DNA of 64,000 nt from Chrysomallon squamiferum (lineage: Eukaryota; Animalia; Mollusca), in assembly GCA_012295275.1 (NCBI GenBank), contig CM022670.1:17360001-17424000 (forward strand), written 5' to 3'. The notes below the pieces were generated by a model. That model saw only the letters and a program-made list of their open reading frames with translations. It was not told where the DNA came from and did no database searches. The position numbers were made by a program, and so were the translations under genes. Of the stretch, positions 14,741 through 27,152 are shown in pieces. How positions within the stretch are numbered: position 1 is the stretch's first letter; every line of letters begins with the position of its first letter.

Positions 14741-16426
14741 AGAAAACAGACAGCAAGCGTTCATCAGTCCTATACCAAGTATCAATAAAAGACTGATCCT
14801 AAAACTGGCTGTTACACATCAATGATTAAGGATATATCTATTTTAACCATTCTTCAATTCCTTTGATCTCCTCTGAGTGAACCGGACCATAGCCAGCAGC
14901 ATGAAACTGAATGTTCTGATGAGTAAGCATGATTGAATTTTACTACAGAAATAAATACTTCAAACATACACAAACATTGAGATGACTAGATGCTAAAGTA
15001 CTATTTGATCAGGAAACAAACCCCATAAAACCACAGTGCTAAAACTGATGTTAGATTTGGAAACAAGAAAATGTACATCACAAGCCACAATTATATACAA
15101 TAAATATACATATGTTAACACTCTAAAATAATTTAGTTTGTGTGTTTATCCAATTTCCTCTGTATGTTTTTGTTAAACAGGAAATATTAATCACAAATTT
15201 ATATTAAAAAGAAATTGATGGGGGTTTTTAATATTGTAAATAAATTATTAAATAATTAGTGTGTATAGATTTGTATATTAACTAGAAAACATTAAGCTAC
15301 CCACAATTATATATTGTAAAAAATTATGTGATTTGTTTAATATTGTAAATATATATGTTAATACTCTAGCTGTCTACAAGAATGTTAAAAACAGGTATTT
15401 TTATAGGTTAATGCATAATGCTATTTGTTATTTTATCTAACAGTCTATCTTTCTTTCTTTCTTTCTGTCTATATGTTTTAAAAAAATTCTGTTTTGGTAT
15501 TCTTTTGGGCATACTATTTAAAAAGTTCAGTAATAATTGTATATTGAAAATATTATTAATTATATTTTGACATCATTTATTTTTAATAACTGTGTTAAAA
15601 ATCTTATTAAACAACAACAACAACAATGAAAAAAAGAACTGTGTGTGGCAATGTTATTCTAGTATAATATTAAGTCATCAGTTTAACATCTGCTTGTAAG
15701 TGGCCTGGTGTGGCTTTAAATGATGTAACCACTAACCAGGTAACATATGGCATTAGTTGTGCAGAAACAATTATAACACTGTTAAATTCCTTTACAATAT
15801 CTGATACAGAGTTAAGTGTCTTTTTGGACACAGTTCTGAGATGGATCAGACCGACTTGTAAGAAAGGTAAAAACAGACATCAGTTCAATAGTAAACTCTC
15901 TTGTGACAATGAACAAATTTACTAACTGATGTACAGACAGTATGATTTTGACATCATATTAAAGTGATAAAATGTCCTGAATGTATGACAAACGTGTGTG
16001 GTATGGAAATTATAACATTAAAAAAAAAAAAAAAAAAAAAAAAAAGATTGGGTTGACTGAACCTACAGAGACCAGGTGAACAATTCCAAAACAATTGCTC
16101 AGAGCAATCAAAATTAAAAGAGGGACTTTTATGAATATCACCTAAAAGTGAATGGTCTTTGTCCTTCGCCTCAAAATGGTACTAAACTGCACACAAGTGT
16201 TAGGTTAATAGCTTTATAATCTCCTCTCCGCAGTCAAAGCTGACAGTAAAGCCACAGTGACAGTTTAATAATTGTACCAATCTATGTTGGACTGAACAAT
16301 TATCCTGCACATGACTGCTTTGACAAAACACTTGTACTAAAAACTCAGCAGACATACACAGCCTGCATATTCAAGAAGATGGAACCTTTTCTTCTGCTTC
16401 TGATAAATGACCATAGGTAAAGTAGC

Positions 16427-16971
16427 GATTCTAGGACAAAAAAGTCACAGGAAAAAAATATATTTGAAATGAATGATAGATGAAACACATGTTCTTTGAT
16501 TTTAATGTTGGTGGTTTAGGCAGATGTTCCACCCAATACCACAAAGAAATTCTGCCACACTCGCAAATTACAACTAGAATTTCCACCATAACTTTGTTTT
16601 GCAAGTTGCATGTTTGGTATACATGAACCCCTCATAACAAATTTTGTTACCATCCTTATTGGTATGAATAACTCCTATATTAAACATACTTCTGATACTA
16701 GAGCAAGCTGGAGAATATATAGTGAAACACATTTTAACATGGGACATTTTATAAATCATTTACAGTAGGAAGCAATTAGTTTAAATCTATCCTAATCAGT
16801 AAGCTAAACCCAGGCTGGACCCAGTATGAAGCCCCTTTCTTTAATCTAGCCTAATCAATATGCTTAAGAATTACCCTATGCATACTATGATGCCACATTC
16901 AATACTCTACAAGCTCATTCATTTTGTGATTTTTTTCCCCTATACTAAACTGTGACTTTTTTCCAGTCACC
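16427..16971 (-). mobile_element. Mutator-like (MULE) non-autonomous element with a FLYWCH zinc-finger relic
   Basis: Imperfect TIRs GATTCTAGGACAAAAAAGTCACAG...CTGTGACTTTTTTCCAGTCACC. Direct repeat AAAGTAGC on both sides (16419-16426 and 16972-16979) is the TSD. The internal minus-strand ORF 16574-16759 includes IHTNKDGNKICYEGFMYTKHATCKTKLWWK, the first half of a FLYWCH domain typical of animal MULE transposases, truncated before the Cys/His ligands. Confidence 0.8.
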
Positions 16972-19900
16972 AAAGTAGCAACCCAACATCACTTAATTTT
17001 GTAAATGCTTGTGAAATAAATAAATAGATAAATAAATAAATAAATAAAAATAACAAAAATAAATAAATACATAAAATAAAAGGGCAAATCCCATCCTCCC
17101 CAACATAATTTTTTTTAAATTTTAAAATTTAAAAAAATAGAAATAAAAATAAGGATGATTCAGATTTTGTTTTTTTATTTTTACAGGTTTGATCCTTTGT
17201 TCTGTAGGTACACTGTAAAAAAAGTAATTTTGCTTTTTGTTTTTTATTTTAACTTGTACATTTACAATGTACATATCCACAATCTAGATAAAAAAAAATA
17301 TATAATTTTATATGGATTTAAAAAAAGAAAAAGAAAAAAAAGTAAATAAATAAATAAATAAAATAATATGATAATAAACAAACAAATTTTAGCAGGAAGT
17401 TATTATGTGATACTTTACCAAAACATAATTACACTAGTAATAAAATGAAACATGACAGAGTGAGCAAAGTGTAGTAGTGTTCATTTGTTTTTGTTCATAA
17501 TGATTTTATTAAATCCTTTTCTCAGCAAAATTTATAATAGAGAATATAAATAAAAAATAAGAAAGATCCATGTCTAAAAGAAAATAGAAGAAAACAAAAA
17601 TTAAGCTAAACAATTTTTCTTAAAAAAAAAAAAAAAAATTAAAAAAAATATCCTAGAAGTTCTTTTAAAAATGTTTTCCAGTTCTAAATTTTCACCTCAG
17701 ATTTAGTTCCTAATGTCAAAAATATCTAACAGATTATTATCATCTGCCTGGATACTTGTCAGTGTAGAATTAAAGAGGGAAGTCAAAGAAATCTGCTCTG
17801 AATCCAAACAGTGACACTCAATATATTTACCAAGCAGCAAGAAATTCTTTACACAACACATATGACACTTCTGCTGACAAACCCAAGCACACAAATGTAT
17901 CAGATGTTTATCCTGAAAACAAATACTCAAATCCTTGATACCAACTGAACATGAATTGTTTTCCAGGATTGATTATTAATTTGCAGGATATTGAAATAAA
18001 TAATAATTAAAATAATTTGTTGTGAGGTTAAAAAATAAAAGTCGAACAATGTTAAGTTGGATGTGTGTTTAAAATAATAAAATATTTGAATATAAAATAT
18101 TTAAATTTTAATTTATTTTTATTTTTTAAATTAAAATTAAAAAGTGAGACAACTAAACCAAAGTTAAGCTGGATATTTGATTTAACACCTGACAACAAAA
18201 TATCTGAATAGAAATTTTCAAAAAAAAAAAAAAAAGAAAGAAAGTAAAAAAATCAAGACAGCTAAGCCATATTGAGAAAAGGGAAAAATAGCAAAAAGAA
18301 AAAAGCTGTATATATGTTTTAATACAACAGATCATTTGAATAAAAATATTTTAAATAATAATAATAATAACAATAAAAATAATAATAATAATAACAATAA
18401 AAATAATAACAAAAATAACAAAAAGAAAAAACATAAATAAAATGAAAATAAGAACCTCAGAGAACTGAGTCATAATGAGAAAAGGAAAAACATTGATAAT
18501 AAGTTTTAATATAACAGACCATTTGAAAAAAAAAAAAAAAAAAAAAATTAAAAGAAAAAATCCAACAAAAAAACAAAAAACCCTATAAAAACAATAAAAA
18601 AACAAACAATACAAACAAAAAACCCCAAAACAATTAAAAACAGAAATAAGCCATACTGAGAAAAAGAAAAATGTTGAATATAAGTTATTATTAAAATAAC
18701 AGATCATTTGAATAAAAAAAGTATTTAAAAAAAACCCCACAACACTAAACAAAACAAACAAAAAAGGAAAATAATTAAAAATACAGAGAACTGAGGCACA
18801 TTGAGAACATAAAAAAATGTCTGTCTGATCATAGTTCTGGTTCTAGAATGAAAGTCCACAGAAACTGATCTCTTAGACAGCAGTGTGACGTAGCAATAAT
18901 GTTCCAGTATGAAACACATCTCTTACATTTCAATAAAACATCACACAGAAAAAACAACAAAAACACACACACAAAAAACCAACCCAGAAAACAAACCACA
19001 GCTATGTAAATGAAAGGGGGGGAATGAAAGAAAGAAAAAAGAACATTCCATTCTGTTTTAGAAATGAAATATGAACTAAAATAAAAACAATAATAATGAA
19101 AACTACACTGAAAATTTAATAATGTAAAACATGAACACACACACACAAACACACACACACAAACACACACATGCTAAAAAGATAGATAATTTTTTATTTC
19201 TTTGTTAAACTTTATATGACCTACTGAAATAAATATCTTTGTTTTTTTAGTTAAGTCTTTTTTTCTTTTCTTTTTTTAAACATAAGATTTATGTGCCATG
19301 GTTTTAAATAACACAATTGCTTATCAAACAATTTTATTTATTTATTTGATTTTATTTGTTATATGTTGGGGGGGTGAGAAATTTTTAATGGATTTAAAAA
19401 AAAAAAAATTTGGTTTTATTATAATTATTTATTTATTTATTTAAACAAAATTTATTATTATTAATTTTCTTGTGGTTTTGTGAAATGGGACATGTTTTTT
19501 TGTGTTGGTTTTATTTTTATTATTACTATTATTATTATTTTTTTTATTTTTATTTTTATTTTTATTTTTATTTATTTATTATTATTATCATCATTTATTA
19601 TTAATTATTATTATAATTTTTTTGTTTTATTGAAGTCTGTACTAGATATACTAAGTTGTTAAATACTGTATAGTGATTTCTAAATACAACTTGATGAGCT
19701 CTCTGTGACTTGTTTATTTGTGAAGCCAGCACCAAACTGGCCAGGTCTCACTGTCACTGTGTTCTCAGCTGTTTCCAGGCTTTCATTTCATGTCAGTATT
19801 TATTGGTCTGGCAAATAAATTCCATATTTTCTAATATGCAAGTGTGTGTGCATTTAAATTGGGAATTCCTTCAACATACTTCTTCAATTTGCATCCTGGC

Positions 19901-20426
19901 TGGTAAAAGTTTAAAGTTTGGGAAAGAAATGCACAGTAAGAAGGAAGTCGTGAAGTTGATTTTTAATTTCAAGGAAATAAACAATTTTAATTTATTCTAT
20001 TAACTTATTTAATATTTATATTTTCTATGATTATGGCAGCTTTTATGATTAATATCCTTATTTTATTTTATTTTATATTTAAACTGCTTTTATTTCAAAG
20101 TTTATTCACTTCCTAATCAAAACAGTTGCCAAGACAAATATCTGCAAATTAAAGACACCAGATAAAAGGAACAAGAACTGTTATTAATATTTTGTCTGTT
20201 TAAGCCAGAATTCAGATATCATTTCTAATTGTACAATGAACATGAGTTTGGCAGACATCTATTGTAACCCTGTCAGAAGAAAATCTTTGGTAGTTTGACA
20301 AATTAATGTTCAAGTAGTCTGACCATGGTGGTGGCTGATAACAGTGTCAGGCTAAGTTTAATACAAATTTCATGAGTTCCGTGATAACAAAAAACAAAAG
20401 AAATTCTGAATGCTTTCTGGCAGCTG

Positions 20427-20782
20427 ACTTGAACCAAATTTGATCAGGAATACATTTATGGTCTTGAGCTTGATCTAAATTTCATCAAGAATAAATTTAT
20501 GATTTTAAACATGAAATAAATTTAATGAAAAACAAATTTAGTGTTTTAAACTTGAACTAAACGTGATCAGGAATACATTATTTATAATTTTAACATAAAT
20601 GTTCTATTTTAAACTCGATCAACATTTGATCAGGAATAATCACATGTTTAAACTTGAACTAAATTTCATCAGGAATGAACCCTATCATTTTAAACTGAAC
20701 TAAATGATAAATCTGATCAGGAATAAATTAATGATTTTAAACTTGAACAAAATCTGATCAGGAATACACTATTTATGATTTT
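20427..20782. repeat. ~41-bp minisatellite, about 8 copies
   Basis: Unit similar to TTTTAAACTTGAACTAAATTTGATCAGGAATACATTTATGA. Confidence 0.85.
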
Positions 20783-21249
20783 TAGCTTTCCACAGTATTA
20801 CTTGCACTAAAATCTAGTAGGACAATTTTTACACTATTTAAAAGAGAAAAATAAATAATTTTGCGAAACGAGTGGCCAGTCGCAGTATTATCTGCATCTT
20901 TTCTCAATAAACTGATGACACTGTAATAGAAATGTGGACTCGGGCAAACACACAGCATACTGAATAGTCACAACCGTATTGAACAGGCCTGCCTGGCCCT
21001 GGGGTGCTGGTCATTTTAATGGTCTGACACCCAGCTAATCCATGCAATGTCACATTCTACACATAGCAGTGTGTCGTAGTACTCGATAACTCTGAAACAG
21101 TCTGTGCAAACATGAAATGACTGCAAGTAAACCAAAGTCATGAAGACAGTGTTTGAAAACAGCACTGAGATAATATGCTGAAATATTAAGTACTTATCTA
21201 AGATAAGGTGCTGAAATTCTGAGAACTAAACAGATATAAGTTGTAGGAA

Positions 21250-21605
21250 AATTGAAATGACTGAGAACCAAGATAGTTAAAATTGAAATATTGCATTCCA
21301 AGATGGTGAATATTGAAATAATGAATACCAAGATGGTAAAAAAATTGAAATACTGTACACTAAGAAGGTGGAAAAAATTGATATACTGAATACTAAAATG
21401 ATGAAAACTTAAATATGAGTACTGAAATGAAAATTTAAATACTGAGTACCAAGATGGTGAAAAATGAAATGTCAAGTACTAAGATGGTGAACATTTAAAT
21501 ATTGAGAACATTTAAAATTCAAATACTGAGTAAAAAGATTAAAACTGAAATACTGAGTACCAAGATGATTAAAACTTAAATACTGAATGAGTACCAAGAT
21601 GACAA
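21250..21605. repeat. 30-bp minisatellite, about 11 copies
   Basis: Unit similar to AAATTGAAATACTGAGTACCAAGATGGTGA. Confidence 0.88.
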
Positions 21606-23934
21606 AAAGTCTGAAACATGAAATAGAATAAAAGTTTTGATTTCCAAATTAAAACAAAAATAACTGAATGAAAACAAACTGTTTTTGTTCAGAACATGGG
21701 ACTGTAAGAATTATTGTTGGATATTTGTATGCACTGGCAGTAATTTTCTAGACTTGTTATTTCTAGGCTGCTGTGTTAAACGTTCTTCACACAAAGTAAT
21801 AACAAGTCCAGTAGGAGGTAATTGAGCTGTTAAACCAATAGTCTGACAACAAAATCTAATAATCAAATACTTTCATATTGGGAAAATATTTCATTTTATT
21901 GGCTCTTGATAACCAAGACACTAAATAAATCAACACCAGATTAAATAATATGCAGAAAACTCTACAGATTTTTAAAACAATAATTAATTTAATAAACTGT
22001 TTAGTTTAAAATTAATATTATACAGTTTTGAAATATAAAAGATTTGTAAATAATTATTTTTGAAAAGATGTTAATAAATGAAAAAAGAGTATATCAGAAA
22101 AAAATAATTAATATAAGGGTATATAATAAAAATAGCCAATATTTAATATCCGTAATCTTAATTCTAAAAAATTAAATTCAAAATAAATGGCAATATCTTA
22201 TATAAACTCCTTTATGGGAAATTCAGAATAACCGACAGTATCTTATACAACTCATATATGGGAAACTGAAAATAACAGCCAATATTGTGAATGAAAAATG
22301 TAGCTGAAGATGTTTTCAATAAGTGATGAGTGATTTGTCGACTGATTAATCACTAACACATGTGTTGCCCTTTCACCTGGTCTGATGGTCTAGAAAACAA
22401 ATTATTCATTCTTGTCAAATGAGTCTAAATGTTATTTCCACATTGCATGGTTCAGGTGATACAATGCGAATTAGCAATGCACATACTGCCACTCAATGCT
22501 AATGTTTTTGTTTTCTGCCGTCTCTTTTGTTATTTTCTTTTTGAAGACTAAATTATAGTTTGTAGGTTAGAATTTTGCATGCATCTGTTTGTAAAAGTTA
22601 AGTCATATAAATCAAAAAAAAAAAAAAAAAAAAAAAAAAAATTACATATATATATTTTGTGTCAGTAACTCATGTATGGACTAAATATTTCTTATAAAAA
22701 TTTTATAAATGAAAGAACACTTTGTATCTGACTATTTGCAAAAGTTTGCTGAAGACTGTAAAAATGTCATGACCTTAATTCAAAATGAAAGCAAATGATC
22801 TCAAGTTTATGACTGAATGTCTTGAATCTTGCTCTAAACAAAAACCAAAAAAAAAAAACAACCAAAAAATGATGACTAAAGGAATGTCATTAAAAATTAA
22901 AAAAAATTAAAAAAAAAAAAAAAAAAAAAGAAAAAAAAGAAAGGAACTAAAGAAAAGAGAAAAATCTGGTAGTGGGCTGAAATCCTGTGATAAGAAAAAG
23001 TGAGAGGGAAAAGAAAATAGTCAATATTTTGTTCCAAGCTGTTGTCTCTGAAAATAACGGCTAAAACACCTTCTTACAAAAACATGGACAGATTTATTCA
23101 GCCAAAACAGATCTTCAGAGAAGTGGCTTTGGTTGATCAGACACAAGATAAGGAAATTTAAAAAAAAAGAAGAGAGAACCCCACCATAACCATGTTAGTG
23201 TGTAAAATGCAATGGAAATTTTAGCAATATACAGAAAAATGTGTGTGTGTGTTTGTGTATGTGATCTAAAGCAGATACATATTTTTGAAATAGGAAATTA
23301 TTAAATGTTTCATGGATCACCAAAAGACTAAAATTAACAGAAAAAACAAATAAATACATGACAGTAATATATTTAAGTGCATCATTCTTTCTTCTATAAA
23401 ACATTTCAAAGAGAAAAAAAAAAAAGAAAAAGCCAAAAGCCAAACAATGACACTGTTTTCTTTCATGTATATATATATATATGTGTTTTAAATTTATTGT
23501 TCTGTTTTCACATCTCAAACCTATCACTTGAATGTCAACTTATGAAAAAAAGAAAAATGCTTGAAAATGAAATAAATTTTTACAGTGGTAGTCTTTTATT
23601 TTATTGTTTTTGGTTTAAAGAAAACACAGAGAAAAGTCACAATTGAACTGGCTGATAAAAACAATCTAAAAATTGCTTTGCAGACATGCCATCATGATGA
23701 AAATGAGGTCATGAACGATCTTATTTATTACACAGAAGAGTCAGAGAACTGAGAACAAATATCACTCCTTCCAATCTGATGACCAAATAGAAATCTTTTT
23801 TAAGGAAATCTATTTGCGATTTGATCAGTTTTTGTTAACCTTGGGACACATTTAATTAAGAACTGAACGTCTGAGAGAAACCTCTACTGATGATACAACA
23901 CAAAATGCTAGACCCTGCAGTTTTAATATACCAT

Positions 23935-24056
23935 CTAAAATCTATCTGTATAGTGTTTAAAGTCCATAAATAAACTGTTCAAAATGCATCAATATAGTGT
24001 TTAAAATCTATCAATACAGTGTTTAAAATCTATCAACCAAGTGTTTAAAATTTATC
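23935..24056. repeat. 21-bp minisatellite
   Basis: Unit similar to ATCAATACAGTGTTTAAAATCT, 5-6 copies. Confidence 0.8.
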
Positions 24057-24841
24057 ACTAAATTTTATTAAAATTAATAAATCTAAATAAAATGGTATAA
24101 AACGGGAGTTGATTATTATCTTTTTTTCTTGGTTTATATTTCCAATTTAACCTAATTTGAGCCAAGAGGTAATCACATCTTTCGCAGAAATGTCTGGCAA
24201 AATCTGTAACGTGGAATTTCAGAATAAGACGAGATGTGAGAAAATGCATGTGAAAACTATATCCCCCCTCACCTCCCTCTGTATGAAAATTAGCCTCCAC
24301 TGGAAGAGGATCTGTTTGATCGTGCAAGAAAAGTATTCTGTACAACTCCACACACACTTCAAAACAAACCTAGAACTTCTCCGCCAGTTGGATACATTTG
24401 GAGCTGTTTGGAAACCGTCTCCGTTTCAACCTGATGGGAATGAAGATTTTAGCAATGGCTTTCAAGGAGCCGATCTAGACAGCAATCGACAAAGAAAATA
24501 AAACACAATACATGAGATATTTTCATCTCACAGAACAGCTGGGATGCTGCGGTGGTGCTCTGTGGAAATATTTTGACAGCTTCAGCAGCAACGTTGCTAC
24601 TTCGGTTTTGGGAAGTAAAATACATCTCAGTCTACAAACATTTTAAATTTCACTCAGAAAAACCCATCTGTTGTTTACTTTACGCCCTATATCACTTGAC
24701 AATAAACAAAGTTCTTCAGAAACATAATGGTGATACCCGTTTAATTTGCTACTGTGTAATTTGTTTACTACTACAACTACAACTGCTTTTCAGGTGAAGT
24801 CATTTCAAGCTAATATGCAAAAAAAGATATAAATAAATATA

Positions 24842-24883
<42 letters not shown>

Positions 24884-27073
24884 GTATATAATCAAATAAA
24901 TATAAATTTAAATAATACAAAAAATATAAAAATAAAATAAAACAATTTAAAAAATATAAAATAAATAAATAAATGAAAATAAAATCTTACTACTCTTTGC
25001 CAAGTAATAACAAATTTAGTATAATGAAAGTAAGGTAAAAAAAAAAAATAAAAATAAAAATAAAAAAAAATTAAATAAAAAAAATAAGTTGTCAAAGTTG
25101 AAAAGATGAAACACAAATTCAAAGCTAAGTTCACTTTCTTCTCCAGAACCAATATCGAAGAATTTTTAATTATTGTGACAAAATAATTTCATTAAGAAGA
25201 AAAAAAAAAGGATCGACTGAGCTTAAAATAAACTCGGGATATGACTTGCCAGAACTCGAGGAAATGAAGTGGATCATATTTGATTAAAACTGTTTATATC
25301 AAGCATGAAGACATCATATTAAACTTGTGGAATCTAAAATATTTTCATGCTGTTTCTGTGTTTTCTTTCAATTTCAAGACACTGAAAAGAAAACCGATAT
25401 GTTTGCTGACATTATTTTTTTTTTCTATCTGACACCGCAAAACAGTCTCTGGGACAAATATGAATGTAAACTGAAGCAATTTTCTGATGTAATAAGCGTG
25501 TTTGTCTAACTTGAGGCAAATTAAGCGAGAGATTTATGATTGATGCTGTCTGGACAATGTAACTACAGCATCGTCAATTGTCAAATGCAGATAATCAATG
25601 GAAGACGCTGATAGCGAAAACTGACAAATTCATATGTCATATGATAACTGTATTTGTCACTTTGCGTTTCAGCAGTGATATTTTCTTAAATTACTCATCA
25701 GGTACTTGAATAAAGTTAATTGAAAACAGAATAAATAAAGAAATAATAAATAATAAATAATAACATAAATAAATAAATTTAAAAAATTTAAAAATTGTAT
25801 TAATTAAAATAATAATAATAATAAATAAAAATGAAGGAATGAATAAATGACAAATAAAATAAAATAAATTAAAATAAATAACAATAACAAATTTTCAGTT
25901 TTGTTTAAATTAATTAATCTACAGATAAAATCTACTGAAAATACTGTTTATATTTATATGCATACAATAGAATTCATCGATATCTGAAGAATTAATAGAA
26001 ATTTAATTAGTTATTATTATCAAGAAATTGTTTTAATATAACACTGAATATATATTATAATTACAGAATGATGTGAAAAAAAAATAATAATAATAATAAA
26101 AAATATATAATTTGTTTTTAAAAAAAATGCCACTGTCACCATTTAGTATAACATGTAGCTTTATTTCCTCAGATGTACTGTTACTAAAAGGTTCGATGAT
26201 TTTTAAAAAAATATTACTAAAAATATATATAAACTAAAACTGTTTTAAAACCAAATATTTCTTTTTTCTTAGAATAGAAATAATTGTATAAAACAATAAA
26301 TTACAAACAACCATAAATTAAGTTGTATATACTTGCTGCAATCAATCCAAAATGTCAAAACGCTGATTTTGTGTATGATGGAATTATAATAAGTGCAGCT
26401 GGTGTAGCTATCTATCTTGCAATTTAAAAACCTATTACACAGTGAGTGAGGCAGAGAGAAGGGTTTCACAAAAAAAGAAACTGAAGAGAGTTTCTAGAGC
26501 GACAGAGTGAAAACAACAGGTGTGCTGAAGAACCATGAAAACAATCCGAGGATCATGCAGACGCTGACAGCAGTTGATTGAAACAATGATAATCTGTATT
26601 AGCTTTCCACAGACTTGTTTTTACACCATCCACATTTATGTGATATTTACTTCTACCCATGAAGCTGGAAGTGTGAAAGGGACAGAAGATTTTGACAGAA
26701 TTAACAAAAAGATCACCGTTTTTCTCCTTTATTTGCTTAATTCAGTTGTGTGTGAAAGAATGGAATGAAATTAACAAAAAGATGACCATGTTTCGTTCAG
26801 CTGTTCTTTTTTTCATTTATATTTGAATTATGTGGAAGAATTTTAAAAATAATATGAAGAACAAGATTTTAAAAATTGTGTGAAAAGTTGATATCAGAAA
26901 TAAACCAAAACTCCAAAGCACAAAATCTGTTCACAACATTACATTTTTTTTAATAATAATCAATAATAAAAAAAACAAATAAATAAACAAACACATTTTT
27001 TTATTATTGTGCTATGATGAAATAATTTCTATATTTCCATTCATTTGATTCTTACTAGGGATTTGTAACAATA

Positions 27074-27074
<1 letters not shown>

Positions 27075-27129
<55 letters not shown>

Positions 27130-27152
27130 TATTAACAATAATAATAATAATA
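27075..27152. repeat. (AAT)n microsatellite
   Basis: Read directly; other (AAT/ATT)n tracts at 9385-9500, 39741-39806, 42947-43020 and 56631-56668. Confidence 0.95.

Noticed and set aside
20427-21605. Regularly spaced repeats that might suggest a CRISPR-like array
   Set aside because: Units are contiguous degenerate tandem copies without unique spacers, in a eukaryotic context with no cas genes; ordinary minisatellites.
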